DNA of 64,000 nucleotides from Candidatus Latescibacterota bacterium (GTDB lineage Bacteria; Latescibacterota; UBA2968; UBA8231). The notes below the pieces were generated by a model. The model saw nothing but the letters and a program-made list of their open reading frames with translations, had not been told where the DNA came from and ran no database searches. Positions 48,589 to 58,000 of this stretch are shown here, piece after piece. The position numbers were made by a program, and so were the translations under genes. How positions within the stretch are numbered: the stretch's first letter is position 1; every line of letters starts with the position of its first letter. The stretch lies in NCBI GenBank assembly GCA_964291625.2, contig OZ220089.1, positions 2,624,001 through 2,688,000 on the forward strand, given 5' to 3'.

Positions 48589-49302
48589 ATGAGCCAGGCA
48601 TCGCCGGAAGTCTTCGAAGGTCTCAGGCAGCTCGATACCGCGACCATCTTCAACGCCGTCATCGAGGCCCGCGGCGCCAGCCAGGGCGGGCGCGAGCTCG
48701 AGGGTCAGGGCGGCATGCCCTTCAACTACATGGGGCCGGGGATGCAGTGCATGCTGCCGCGGCTCGGCATGGCCGTCGGCTACGCCGTCACCTGCGAGCT
48801 GACCACCCACGACCCGGACATGCCGGCCCTGGACTGGTACGAGTACTACGACTTCCTCGACGAGCACCCCGCCCCGATGGTGAGCATCATGAAGGACGTC
48901 GACACCCGCGCCGGCCGCGGCGCGGCCCTGGGGGACGGCATGGCCGCCACCCACAAGCACCTGGGCGTATCCGGCATCGTCGTCGACGGATCGATACGGG
49001 ACCTGGCGGGGATCGAGCGGGTGGGCCTGCCGGTCTGGGGAACGGGTACATCCCCCGGTCACGGAGTGCTGAGCCTGGTGCGCCACAACCACCCGATCAC
49101 GGTCAACGAGCTCCTGATCTTCCCCGGGGAGATCGTCGCCGCCGACCGCGACGGAGTGGTGAAGATCCCCGCGGGCGACGACGCCGCGAAGGTGCTGGAG
49201 AAGGGCCTGGAGATCCAGGAGCGGGAGGCCCGCTACCACGCCATGTTCTCCAGGCCCGGGCTGACCTGGCAGGATATCAAGGACTACAAGGCGGAGAAGT
49301 AG
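48589..49302 (+). CDS. RraA / HMG-CHA aldolase family protein
   Basis: AVGYAVT, ALGDGMA, GIVVDGSIRD, PGEIVAADRDGVV. Confidence 0.88.
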   Translation: MSQASPEVFEGLRQLDTATIFNAVIEARGASQGGRELEGQGGMPFNYMGPGMQCMLPRLGMAVGYAVTCELTTHDPDMPALDWYEYYDFLDEHPAPMVSIMKDVDTRAGRGAALGDGMAATHKHLGVSGIVVDGSIRDLAGIERVGLPVWGTGTSPGHGVLSLVRHNHPITVNELLIFPGEIVAADRDGVVKIPAGDDAAKVLEKGLEIQEREARYHAMFSRPGLTWQDIKDYKAEK

Positions 49303-49385
49303 GACGGCGCACTGCCGGTCCGGTGGCGAATACCGTGGACGTGCCGTCCCGTTCGACAAGGTATCGGATGACAATTACATTTTAG

Positions 49386-49419
49386 GCACACTATGTCCAT
49401 TCGGCGTGGACATAGGTGC
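49386..49419. promoter_or_regulatory. Inverted repeat, probable AbiEi autoregulatory operator
   Basis: GCAC-A-CTATGTCCA-ttcggcg-TGGACATAG-GTGC palindrome immediately at the antitoxin start, preceded by an AT-rich stretch. Confidence 0.55.
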
Positions 49420-50072
49420 TCATAAAGATCCCATTGTTACGCCACCAGATCGATCGGGATGTCTTCGATTACCAGCAGCTGGTCGCCTGTCTGTCCCGGT
49501 ACAGCAAGCCAAGGGACAGGATCCGCAGGTTGTTGGCCGGCGGAGAGATCGTGCGCATCAGGAAGGGATTGTACGCCTTTGGCGAGCCCTTCCGGCGAGC
49601 CCCCATCAGCCGGGAACTGCTGGCCAACCTCATCTACGGTCCTTCCTACATAAGCCTGGACTACGCGCTCAACTACCACGGACTCATACCGGAGCGCGTC
49701 CCCACGGTCACCTCGATGACGGTGGGGCGATCCCGCGCCTTCCTGACGCCTTTCGGCACTTTCTCCTATCGCCGCCTGAGCCCGGACCGCTACGCCGTCG
49801 GAGTCCTCCTCGAGGAGCGGAGGGACCTGTCCTTCCTGATCGCTTCTCCGGAAAAGGCCCTTGCGGACAAGGTCTGGACCGACAAGCGCTTCGACGGAAT
49901 CCGCCTGGGTGACTACGGGCCGTACCTGCTCGACGACCTGCGGCTGGATCCCGACCGACTGGCCGACCTCGACCAGGACCGCCTCGATTCGGTAGCGAGA
50001 GCCTGCGACTCGCGGAAGCTCCATCGGCTCGCGCGCTGCCTGAAGACGCTGAGGGATCAGGGCCATGCATGA
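49416..50072 (+). CDS. abiEi: Type IV TA antitoxin, AbiEi family transcriptional regulator
   Basis: GEIVRIRKGLY, PSYISLDYALNYHGLIPE, IASPEKALAD; overlaps the downstream toxin. Confidence 0.85.
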   Translation: MLIKIPLLRHQIDRDVFDYQQLVACLSRYSKPRDRIRRLLAGGEIVRIRKGLYAFGEPFRRAPISRELLANLIYGPSYISLDYALNYHGLIPERVPTVTSMTVGRSRAFLTPFGTFSYRRLSPDRYAVGVLLEERRDLSFLIASPEKALADKVWTDKRFDGIRLGDYGPYLLDDLRLDPDRLADLDQDRLDSVARACDSRKLHRLARCLKTLRDQGHA

Positions 50073-50928
50073 TGCCATCCGCACCATGCTCGCCCGCTAC
50101 GCGTTGCAGACGGACGACGATTGCGTCAATGCGCTCCGGGAGATACTGCAGGAACTGGCCCTGCTCGGTCTCTGGCGCAGCAAGTTCTTCGAACATGCCG
50201 CCTTCTACGGAGGCACGGCCCTGCGCGTGCTCCACGGCCTGGATCGCTATTCCGAGGACATCGATTTCTCGCTGCTCGCGCCCGACCCGGGGTTTTCGCT
50301 CGGGCAATACGGCGAGTCACTCGCCCGTGAGATCGGCAGTTTTGGTTTTCACGTCGAGTTCGAGCAAAGGGCGCCGACCCGGCGGACGGCCATCGAGTCC
50401 GCCTTCCTCAAGGCTGATACACTCGAGCAGCTGCTCGTCATCGAAGCCGACCCCGACCTGCTCGCCGGCCGGCATCCCGGGGCCGCCCTGAGGATCAAGC
50501 TCGAGGTCGACACCGATCCGCCCGGCGGCTTCGAGACCGAGAGCCGCTATCTGCTGCGCCCCATCCCGTTTGCCGTTCGTGCCTATTCCCTGCCCGACCT
50601 GCTCGCCGGCAAGTTGCACGCCATCCTGTGCCGGAAGTGGAGGACGCGGGTCAAGGGCCGGGACTGGTACGATCTGGCCTGGTACGCCGGCCGTCATCCG
50701 CGGGTGCGTCTTAGCCATCTCGAGGCGCGCATGAGGCAGTCGGGCGATCACCCGGAGGATGCGCCGTTGACCAGGGTGCGCTTGATGGAGCTCCTGAACC
50801 AGGCGGTCGACCGGCTCGATGTCGATCGCGCCCGGGACGACGTGGTCCGGTTCATTCCCGATCCACGGAGCGTCGAGATCTGGTCGAACGATTTCTTTTT
50901 CGAGGTCGTCCGGCGCATTGAAAGCTGA
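50065..50928 (+). CDS. abiEii: Type IV TA toxin, AbiEii nucleotidyltransferase
   Basis: FYGGTALR..GLDRYSEDIDF, IKLEVD, AGKLHA, KGRDWYD. Confidence 0.92.
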   Translation: MHDAIRTMLARYALQTDDDCVNALREILQELALLGLWRSKFFEHAAFYGGTALRVLHGLDRYSEDIDFSLLAPDPGFSLGQYGESLAREIGSFGFHVEFEQRAPTRRTAIESAFLKADTLEQLLVIEADPDLLAGRHPGAALRIKLEVDTDPPGGFETESRYLLRPIPFAVRAYSLPDLLAGKLHAILCRKWRTRVKGRDWYDLAWYAGRHPRVRLSHLEARMRQSGDHPEDAPLTRVRLMELLNQAVDRLDVDRARDDVVRFIPDPRSVEIWSNDFFFEVVRRIES

Positions 50929-50954
50929 CTACAGGTCGGAGCAGTAGGGAGGCC

Positions 50955-51815
50955 TCAGGCCGCCGGAAGCGCCGCCAGCGCCCGGCGCAGGAATGCCGCG
51001 TCCGCCCGGGCCCACTCCTCCAGGTTCGGCGGTGAGGTCTCGGCGTAGCCCACCTGGCGGATGATCGCCTCGTCGAAGCTGTACTCGGTGTGCACGGTCA
51101 GCGGTCCGTCGAAGCCGTAACCGCGGAGGATGCCGAGGCAGCGGCTCCAGTCGACGCAGCCCTCCCCCACCTTCACGAAGCAGGGGTTCCAGGGCGGACT
51201 CCTCTCCGGCTCGCGGCGGTACATCGCGTCCTTGATCCCCACGACGGAGAGATGATTGCGCACCATGGCCAGTCCCATCTCCCAGTCCTCGCCATCAAGG
51301 GCCTGGTGCCCGAGATCGGGATAGGCCCCGACCAGGCGCGGGTCGAATCCCCGGATCAGGTGCATCAAGCCGGCGCAATTCGAGCCGAGGCAGCCCCCGC
51401 TGTGGACCTGGTAGCAGGTCTGCACCCCGTGCTTCTCGCTGAGCCCGGCGAAGCCCTCCAGGTCCCTTCGCGCCGTATCGACGGCCTGCCAGTAGTCCTC
51501 GCCTGACGAGAACCGCCAGAACCCGATCTTCAGCCGCGGGACCCCGGCCTCGGCGCAGGCGGCATACAGACCCTCCGCGGCGGGGGTGGCGGGATCGAGG
51601 AAGTCCGTCGGCGCCGTCGCCAGCGGGCAGGAGAGCCCCTCCCTGCGCCACGCGGCCACCGCCTTGGGAAGCTCAGCCTCGGCGTTGCCGGGGTGAACCG
51701 GGTGCCCGGGACGCACGCAGACGTCGATCCCGTCGTATCCCAGCTCCAGCGCCTTGGCGCCCAACTCCGGCACCGGCAGATCCGCGAAGAACTTCGAGTT
51801 CAGAACGATCTGCAT
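50955..51815 (-). CDS. Sugar phosphate isomerase/epimerase (xylose isomerase-like TIM barrel)
   Basis: LGYDGIDVCVRPGH, QVHSG, DLGH, IKD, GEGCVDW, FDGPLTVHTEY. Confidence 0.85.
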   Translation of the reverse strand: MQIVLNSKFFADLPVPELGAKALELGYDGIDVCVRPGHPVHPGNAEAELPKAVAAWRREGLSCPLATAPTDFLDPATPAAEGLYAACAEAGVPRLKIGFWRFSSGEDYWQAVDTARRDLEGFAGLSEKHGVQTCYQVHSGGCLGSNCAGLMHLIRGFDPRLVGAYPDLGHQALDGEDWEMGLAMVRNHLSVVGIKDAMYRREPERSPPWNPCFVKVGEGCVDWSRCLGILRGYGFDGPLTVHTEYSFDEAIIRQVGYAETSPPNLEEWARADAAFLRRALAALPAA

Positions 51816-51867
51816 GCTTGCTGTCCCTCCTGAGGCCGCAGGCCCTGGGCGCGCAGCGATCCACCGG

Positions 51868-51920
51868 ATCGAGTGGCGCCGGGCTCATCGCCGGTCCAGG
51901 TCCCGTGCCCGGCGCCACAC
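51868..51920. repeat. REP-like palindromic unit (about 53 bp), copy 1
   Basis: ATCGAGTGGCGCCGGG...CCCGGCGCCACAC hairpin; similar units at 53844 and 53900. Confidence 0.7.
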
Positions 51921-51957
51921 GTTACATAAGAAGAGTGTGGTCGGTGGTCTCAACCCA

Positions 51958-52158
51958 GGGCGGTGACGGCGGCGCAGGCCGCGCCGGTGCGGCGCACTAC
52001 GCCGGGCCGGGGTCAACAACCTCTCACATCCAGGAGGCCCAGAGACCCGAGCGCAGCGAGGGGCTCGCCAGCCCAACGAATCCCTCTCGGCGATAGCCCC
52101 ACCAACGACGCCCGGCGTACGCGCCGCCGAGGCGCGGCCGGAGCCGCCGGCACCGCCC
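51958..52158. repeat. About 200-bp element with ~48-bp imperfect terminal inverted repeats (MITE-like or structured RNA), copy A
   Basis: Begins GGGCGGTGACGGCGGC..TACGCCGGG, ends CCCGGCGTA..GCCGCCGGCACCGCCC; highly similar copy at 53992-54193. Confidence 0.8.
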
Positions 52159-52274
52159 CCTCGCGGGAGCCGTCGCTGGAATCCGAGCGGTCGCTGGTCG
52201 ACAATCAGGACGTGACGGATTATCAATCACGACATGATCGATTTGCACCGGCCCGTTTCAACTGAAAGGACACC

Positions 52275-53780
52275 ATGGATACCTCCGCCGGCCGCCGCGA
52301 CGGCTTCCTCCTCCTGAACGGGATCGATGAGACCCACCACGCCGTCCGCCGCGTCTGCGAGGCCGAAAAGCACCCCAACAACCCGGTCCTGCCCCTCGGC
52401 GACATGCACGAGTGGGACTCCGCCCAGGCCCGCCCGTGGTCGTCGCCGACGGTCATCTGGGACGAGGAGGACCGCGTCTTCAAGGCCTGGTACTCCGGGT
52501 CCGACATCGCGCCGGAACGCTGGACCGCGGTCGGCTACGCCACCAGCCCCGACGGCGTGACCTGGGAGAAGCCGCGGCTGGGGCTGCACGAGTTCCGCGG
52601 GTCCCGCGACAACAACATCGTCGTCATGGGCTACGGACCCGTGATCAAGGACGCGGCCGAGCCGGACCCGGCCCGGCGCTACAAGATGATCCTGCGAGGG
52701 CCGAGGCCGCGCACCGACGGCGCCGTGGCTCCGGCGGCGGGGCCGGGCCGCGGAGTGCGGCTGAACTACTCGCCCGACGGCATCCACTGGACCGAGGGAC
52801 CGGACCTGCGCCTGCCGGAGTGGCGGGACCGCTCCCTCGCCTACGGCGACCCCGGCGCCCTGATCCGCGACGACCAGGAGCCCGATCCTTCGCGCCGGTT
52901 CAAGCTGGTGTGGCAGGCCCTGGTGCCGATGGACAAGCCCGACAAGGAGGGGGGGCGGGCGAAGTTCCTCTCCTATGGACCGGACATGGAGCACCTGCGG
53001 GCAGCGGACCACAACCCGATCCTCTCGCCCGCCGACGGTGTCGAGTACGACAACCACCACGTCATGCTGGCCCCCTACAGGGGTGCCTGGGCCATGCCCT
53101 ACGAGTTCGGCTGGTACGTGCCCAACGGCTACGGCGTCTACGGCACCTACTGCGCCGACGTGCGGCTGGCGGTCAGCGCCGACGGCGAGCGCTTCGAGCG
53201 GATCGACGCCCATCAGCCGCTGATCCCTCGCGGCGGCAACCAGGAGTGGGACGGCGGCCTGCTGGTGATCGCCGACAAGCCGGCCGTCCGGGACGGCGTG
53301 ATCCATCTCTTCTACGGCGGCAACGGCGAGGAGTGGACCAGCTGGCCCGGCGAGAACACGCCAGACCACTACCCCTACGGGAGCACCGGCCAGGTCCGCC
53401 TGTCGCGGCTGGGGCTGGCCACCCTGCGGGAAGACGGGTGGACCTGCCTCGAGTCAGCCGACCGCGAGGTCCCCGGCTGGGCGGTCACCACCCCCGTCGA
53501 CCGGACCGACCCCTCCACCTGCCTGACCGTGAACGTCGGGCAGGTGCGCCAGAACCGGAGCTGGATGGAGGTGGAGGTGCTGGACGCCGAGACGCTGGAG
53601 CCCCTGAAGGGCTTCCGGCGGGAGGACTGCCAGGACCTGTGCACCGACGGCTGGCGCCAGCAGGTGCGCTGGCGCGGGGGCGGGATTCGCGAGGTCGGGG
53701 GGGCGCGCTTCCGGCTGAAGTTCTGGCTCTATGGAGCCGCCCGGCTCTACGCCTACGGATTCGACGCCGCCGGAGGCTGA
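52275..53780 (+). CDS. Five-bladed beta-propeller glycoside-hydrolase-like protein (GH32/GH130 clan-like)
   Basis: KHPNNPVL, FKAWY, YATSPDGVTWEKP.LG, DP.RRYKM, SPDGIHW, WDGG, GLATLREDGW. Confidence 0.75.
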   Translation: MDTSAGRRDGFLLLNGIDETHHAVRRVCEAEKHPNNPVLPLGDMHEWDSAQARPWSSPTVIWDEEDRVFKAWYSGSDIAPERWTAVGYATSPDGVTWEKPRLGLHEFRGSRDNNIVVMGYGPVIKDAAEPDPARRYKMILRGPRPRTDGAVAPAAGPGRGVRLNYSPDGIHWTEGPDLRLPEWRDRSLAYGDPGALIRDDQEPDPSRRFKLVWQALVPMDKPDKEGGRAKFLSYGPDMEHLRAADHNPILSPADGVEYDNHHVMLAPYRGAWAMPYEFGWYVPNGYGVYGTYCADVRLAVSADGERFERIDAHQPLIPRGGNQEWDGGLLVIADKPAVRDGVIHLFYGGNGEEWTSWPGENTPDHYPYGSTGQVRLSRLGLATLREDGWTCLESADREVPGWAVTTPVDRTDPSTCLTVNVGQVRQNRSWMEVEVLDAETLEPLKGFRREDCQDLCTDGWRQQVRWRGGGIREVGGARFRLKFWLYGAARLYAYGFDAAGG

Positions 53781-53843
53781 GCACGCCCCGGGAACGGGGC
53801 CGTGGATGTGGCGTGCCCCTGACCATCAGGCCGCGAAACACCG

Positions 53844-53953
53844 ATCGATTGGCGCCGGGGTTACCCCCCGGTTCAGGTCTCGTGCCCGGCGCCACACCAA
53901 TCGAGTGGCGCCGGGGTCACCGCCGCCTCTGGTCTCCGTGCCAAGCGCCACGC
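53844..53953. repeat. Two tandem REP-like palindromic units (copies 2 and 3)
   Basis: ATCGATTGGCGCCGGG..CCCGGCGCCACAC and ATCGAGTGGCGCCGGG..CCAAGCGCCACGC. Confidence 0.7.
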
Positions 53954-53991
53954 TGTCCAGCAAGAGAGAGTGCGGGCCGGTGGCACCCCCA

Positions 53992-54193
53992 GGGCGGTGC
54001 CGGCGGCGCAGGCCGCGCCGGCGCGGCGCACTACGCCGGGCCGGGGTCAACAACTGTGCCCATCCGGAAGGCCCAGAGACCCGGGCGCAGCGAGGGGCTC
54101 GCCAACCCAACGAATCACCCTCAGGCGATAGATCCCCCAACCATGCCCGGCGTACGCGCCGCCAAGGCGCGGCCGGAGCCGCCGGCGCCGCCC
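53992..54193. repeat. About 200-bp long-stem element, copy B (same orientation as copy A)
   Basis: Shares GCGGCGCACTACGCCGGGCCGGGGTCAACAAC, AGGCCCAGAGACCCG, GCGCAGCGAGGGGCTCGCCA, CCCAACGAATC and GCCCGGCGTACGCGCCGCC with copy A. Confidence 0.8.
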
Positions 54194-54203
54194 AAAAGGC
54201 AGA

Positions 54204-55076
54204 TCACACCTCCCGGGGCGTGTACCTCGCCTCCCAGGCCCGCGCCTCGGGAAACCCGATCAACTCGTCCAGCTCCGCGAAGTCCGCCATCTCCCCCGCG
54301 ACCTCCCGCGTCGTCCCCTGTTCCTTCAACGCCCTGAGCGTCTTCTGGATCGACCGGATGCAGCCGAGGATCAGCGAGTGCGGATAGGCGGCGATCCTGA
54401 ACCCTATCTCCTGGAGCTCGGCCGTTGAGAGGAAGGGAGTCTTCCCTCCCTCGATCAGGTTCGCCATGGTGGGGACGCCGAAGGAGCCGGCCGCGGCCCT
54501 GAGCTCCTCCAACGTGGTTGGCGCCTCGAGGAAGACGACGTCCGCCCCCGCCCGCTCGTAGAGCTTGCCCCGCTTCACCGCCTCCTCCAGTCCCATCACC
54601 GCGATGGCGTCGGTGCGCGCGACGATCAGGAAGTCGTCGCTGCGCCGGGAGTGGGCGGCCGCCTCCACCTTGAGCGCCATCTCCTCCGCCCCGATCAGCC
54701 GCTTGCCCGGGGTGTGGCCGCACTTCTTCGGCATCTCCTGGTCCTCGATCTGGATCGCCTGGGCGCCGGCCTGCTCGTACTCCTGGACCGTCCGCCGCAT
54801 GTTGAGGGCGTTTCCGTAACCGGTGTCGCCGTCGGCGAGGACGGGAATGCCGACGCAGCGGACCAGGTTGTGGACCCGCTCCAGCATCTCGGAGAACGTG
54901 GCCAGACCGGCGTCGGGGAGCCCCACGTGGGAAGCCACGTGGGCGTAGCCGCCGAGGTAGACGGCCTCGAAGCCGGCCCGCTCGATGAGGCGGGCCGAGA
55001 TCATGTCGTAGCAGCAGGGCGCGACCAGGATCCGGTCGCGGGCGAGGAGTTGCTTGAGTGTGGTCTGGTCTTGCAT
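54204..55076 (-). CDS. Isocitrate lyase / PEP mutase family enzyme (PrpB / oxaloacetate decarboxylase-like)
   Basis: GLPDAGL, ADGDTGYG, IEDQ..PKKCGH, ARTDA, GADVVFLEA. Confidence 0.92.
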   Translation of the reverse strand: MQDQTTLKQLLARDRILVAPCCYDMISARLIERAGFEAVYLGGYAHVASHVGLPDAGLATFSEMLERVHNLVRCVGIPVLADGDTGYGNALNMRRTVQEYEQAGAQAIQIEDQEMPKKCGHTPGKRLIGAEEMALKVEAAAHSRRSDDFLIVARTDAIAVMGLEEAVKRGKLYERAGADVVFLEAPTTLEELRAAAGSFGVPTMANLIEGGKTPFLSTAELQEIGFRIAAYPHSLILGCIRSIQKTLRALKEQGTTREVAGEMADFAELDELIGFPEARAWEARYTPREV

Positions 55077-55289
55077 GGCGCCTCGGATCGGGGGATAGGA
55101 TGGGGACACTGTCGCTGCTCAGCCAGGAGCGGGCAAGAGTCGGAAGGTGAAGGGTGCGAGGAGGGTGCTGGATCGGGTCCTTGCACCAAGACCGGTCCGG
55201 GCGTAATTCGGAAGTAACTTGACTGCCGGAAAAGCGCCGCCTAACGTAGGCAATCTCCAGCCAAGTGCAACGAATTAAGGATCAAAGAG

Positions 55290-56903
55290 ATGCAGATTTC
55301 ATATGCCATTGAGAACATCAGGCGCCTGAGCCGTGTTCCTGAAATCGAAATGCGGCCAATTACAATTCTGGTCGGCAGGAACAGTGCCGGGAAGAGTACC
55401 TTTCTGCGGTCACTTCCGCTCATCCGTCAGTCGTTGGAGACTCGTAGCAGCGCACCAATACTCTGGTTTGGTGACCTAGTGGATTTTGGCGATCCAACTA
55501 CCGCAATCGGGGAAGGAAAGGAAGTAAAGCAAGCTGCCTTTAGCTTCTCGGTCAGTGGAATACAGGAGAGATACTTCCCGAGGTACTATGACCACACCGG
55601 ATACTATACCGTGCCCGAATCGGTTGAAGTGCGACGGGTTTGGATTCGGTATGTAATTGGCACACGGGGAGATGAGACCGTATTGGAGAGCATACAGATC
55701 AGGATCCCGGACGAGAAGATAGACGTTTCGTTTGACATTGGTAGTCAGGAAGAGTCCTTTGGGCAGATTAGAATCAACGGGGTGCCCGCAGACTTCCTTA
55801 CCGAAGGGTATGAGGTCAGGACGATGGACCGCAGCCTCTTTGCGCCACCCATAGTCACCGTCAAGACAGTGGAAAAGGAGGGCAAGTCCAGAAGGGTGCC
55901 GAGGAGGCAGAATGTGCTTGCTGAGGCGCTAGCAGATGTCTTCCGACGCCAGACCACAAGGCACCTTAGTGACGCCAGATTTCAGCATGAAGTGCGGAGA
56001 GTACTGTCGAAGAGCCCTTTTGATGACCAGAGAATCGAGAGGTTGATGCAAACCTCGGGTACAGCAACCTTTCGGGAGATCTACCAGCGGCTGTTGTCGG
56101 ATGAAGAGAGTGATTTCGTAACAGAGGTATTCTCAATTCAACGTCTCTCAAGGGTGTGTGTGGTATTGGATGTCCTAGGGGATAGACTATCGGAGTACTT
56201 CCTCAACGTGGGTTACTTGGGCCCTGTTAGGGCTGCCAGCGAGCGCTACTACCGAAGGCAGGAGTTGGAGGTCTCAGAGATAGCTCCAAACGGCTCCAAC
56301 TTTCCCATGTTCCTGGCATCGTTGACACGGCCGGAACTAGAGAGTTTTTCCCGTTGGGTCGAAGGCATTTTCAGTTACGGGGTTCGGGTTCGACGAACTA
56401 GCGGGCACATTAGCATCGAGTTAGTTTCGCAGGGGAGGTCTGTGAATGTGACAGACACAGGCTATGGCGTCTCCCAGATATTGCCAGTGCTCGGAATGTT
56501 GTGGTGGGCGGTTAACCATCCGCCGCGTACTACCCACTGGCGGCGACCTAGAAGGGTAGGGGTACGCACCCTTGCGATCGAGCAGCCGGAGTTGCACCTA
56601 CATCCTGCGCATCAGGCCAAGCTGGCGGATGTGTTTGCATCCACAGTCGGGAACTCCGATGGCAGGTCAAGCTCGGCGCGCAGACTCGGAATTAGACTGG
56701 TTGTCGAGACCCACAGTGAGGCTCTAATCAACCGGCTGGGCGAGCTCGTAGAGGAAGGGAAAGTAGACGCGGGTGCCATCCAGATCGTGGTCTTCTCGGC
56801 TGATGAGGATTTGGCCTCCGCGACTAAGGTATCACTATCCAGATTTGATGATAGCGGAGCCCTAAGTGACTGGCCGTATGGATTCTTCAAGTACTCAGAG
56901 TGA
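55290..56903 (+). CDS. ABC/AAA_21-type ATPase with DUF3696-like C-terminus (defence-associated)
   Basis: Walker A GRNSAGKS, signature TGYGVSQILP, Walker B/D-loop IEQPELHLHP, H-loop VETHSE, C-terminal G.LSDWPYGFF; low GC. Confidence 0.88.
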   Translation: MQISYAIENIRRLSRVPEIEMRPITILVGRNSAGKSTFLRSLPLIRQSLETRSSAPILWFGDLVDFGDPTTAIGEGKEVKQAAFSFSVSGIQERYFPRYYDHTGYYTVPESVEVRRVWIRYVIGTRGDETVLESIQIRIPDEKIDVSFDIGSQEESFGQIRINGVPADFLTEGYEVRTMDRSLFAPPIVTVKTVEKEGKSRRVPRRQNVLAEALADVFRRQTTRHLSDARFQHEVRRVLSKSPFDDQRIERLMQTSGTATFREIYQRLLSDEESDFVTEVFSIQRLSRVCVVLDVLGDRLSEYFLNVGYLGPVRAASERYYRRQELEVSEIAPNGSNFPMFLASLTRPELESFSRWVEGIFSYGVRVRRTSGHISIELVSQGRSVNVTDTGYGVSQILPVLGMLWWAVNHPPRTTHWRRPRRVGVRTLAIEQPELHLHPAHQAKLADVFASTVGNSDGRSSSARRLGIRLVVETHSEALINRLGELVEEGKVDAGAIQIVVFSADEDLASATKVSLSRFDDSGALSDWPYGFFKYSE

Positions 56904-58000
56904 TGATCTACCAACTGGACTGCACTAGGGAAGAACTGGCCAGTGCGAGCCGGGATGAGTTGGAAGATGTCTTTTCGAGACTGGTTGATGCGGATCGGGC
57001 AGGGCGGCACTTCTTTATTGTGAGAAGAGATCTGTGTGAATGGGCAAGGAGGAACCTCAGACTCTCTAGATTGGATAGTGCTCGGCTAGCGACTATCAAG
57101 GAAGAGTACGCGATACGGGGGGCTCTTCTGGAAGACAGTCATGTCTGTGTCAAGGTGAGAATAGGCAATTCGGGGGTTAGGTGTGATAGAGGGTTAGGGT
57201 TCTCGATTGGCCATGAGTGCCTAGTCTCCGGGGAGTACTTATTGGTGAGTGCCGGATTTGTCGTTGAGGATTTGACATCAGACGGAAAGGTGTATGACCA
57301 GATATTGAGGGAAGCATTGAAGGTCTCGAAGGTGCCGTCATATAGGGTTGAATTCATACATGGAGGGGGTTCTCAGGTTGGGGAGATCTTTGAGGCGGAG
57401 ATTGGGAAGGGCAGGGTGGTGGTGTGTGTTGTTGATCATGACCGATTGGCGCCTATGGATAGTAAGTCAGCGGGCGCTCGGCAGATACTGCTCATTCAGA
57501 CTCAAAGGAATGAGAGCCCTGGTGGTGGCCGAGGGAGTTTCATAGGGTTGGGGACCACCACTGTTGGGCGAGAGGTAGAGAACCACATTCCGTATCATCT
57601 CATAAAGGGAATGTGGGACATGAACTATCGCCACTTCGCTGAACTCGACAGAATCGTCGCTCAAGTGGGTTGCGTGCGGAAGGAGGATTGCTTTTGGCAG
57701 TATTTCGACATCAAGGAAGGCCTCTGTGGGGAAGAACTGATGAAGTTGCTGGGTGGGGAAAAGATTTCACAAGATGTGATCGAGTGGATCTGTGGTAGAG
57801 TCGGATGTGATATTGAGGAGTTGGCGAGTGTTCAGATTGATGGATTCGGAGATAGGGTGGTGAAACTCTTTCTAGGGAGTCCGCAGGCACTGGCGGGGTT
57901 TCACGAATTTGTGCGGTCTGAGTACTGGCAGTCTATGTACGCGGGATTCTACGAGAGGCTTCTGTGGTTCTGCGCTGCTCCACGCGCAGTTCGAACATAA
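56900..58000 (+). CDS. Putative OLD-type TOPRIM nuclease domain protein
   Basis: VVEDLTSD..Y, HGGGS, VVDHD (DxD), REVENHIP; overlaps the ATPase stop; low GC. Confidence 0.65.
   Translation: MMIYQLDCTREELASASRDELEDVFSRLVDADRAGRHFFIVRRDLCEWARRNLRLSRLDSARLATIKEEYAIRGALLEDSHVCVKVRIGNSGVRCDRGLGFSIGHECLVSGEYLLVSAGFVVEDLTSDGKVYDQILREALKVSKVPSYRVEFIHGGGSQVGEIFEAEIGKGRVVVCVVDHDRLAPMDSKSAGARQILLIQTQRNESPGGGRGSFIGLGTTTVGREVENHIPYHLIKGMWDMNYRHFAELDRIVAQVGCVRKEDCFWQYFDIKEGLCGEELMKLLGGEKISQDVIEWICGRVGCDIEELASVQIDGFGDRVVKLFLGSPQALAGFHEFVRSEYWQSMYAGFYERLLWFCAAPRAVRT

Noticed and set aside
52010-52030. GTCAACAAC as an IS200/IS605 or IscB-associated RNA end
   Set aside because: The match is only a few bases and no tnpA, tnpB or iscB ORF follows; insufficient support.
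51868-54193. CRISPR array or integron attC cassette interpretation of the repeats
   Set aside because: There is no regular repeat-spacer periodicity, no cas or intI gene, and no convincing RYYYAAC/GTTRRRY core sites.
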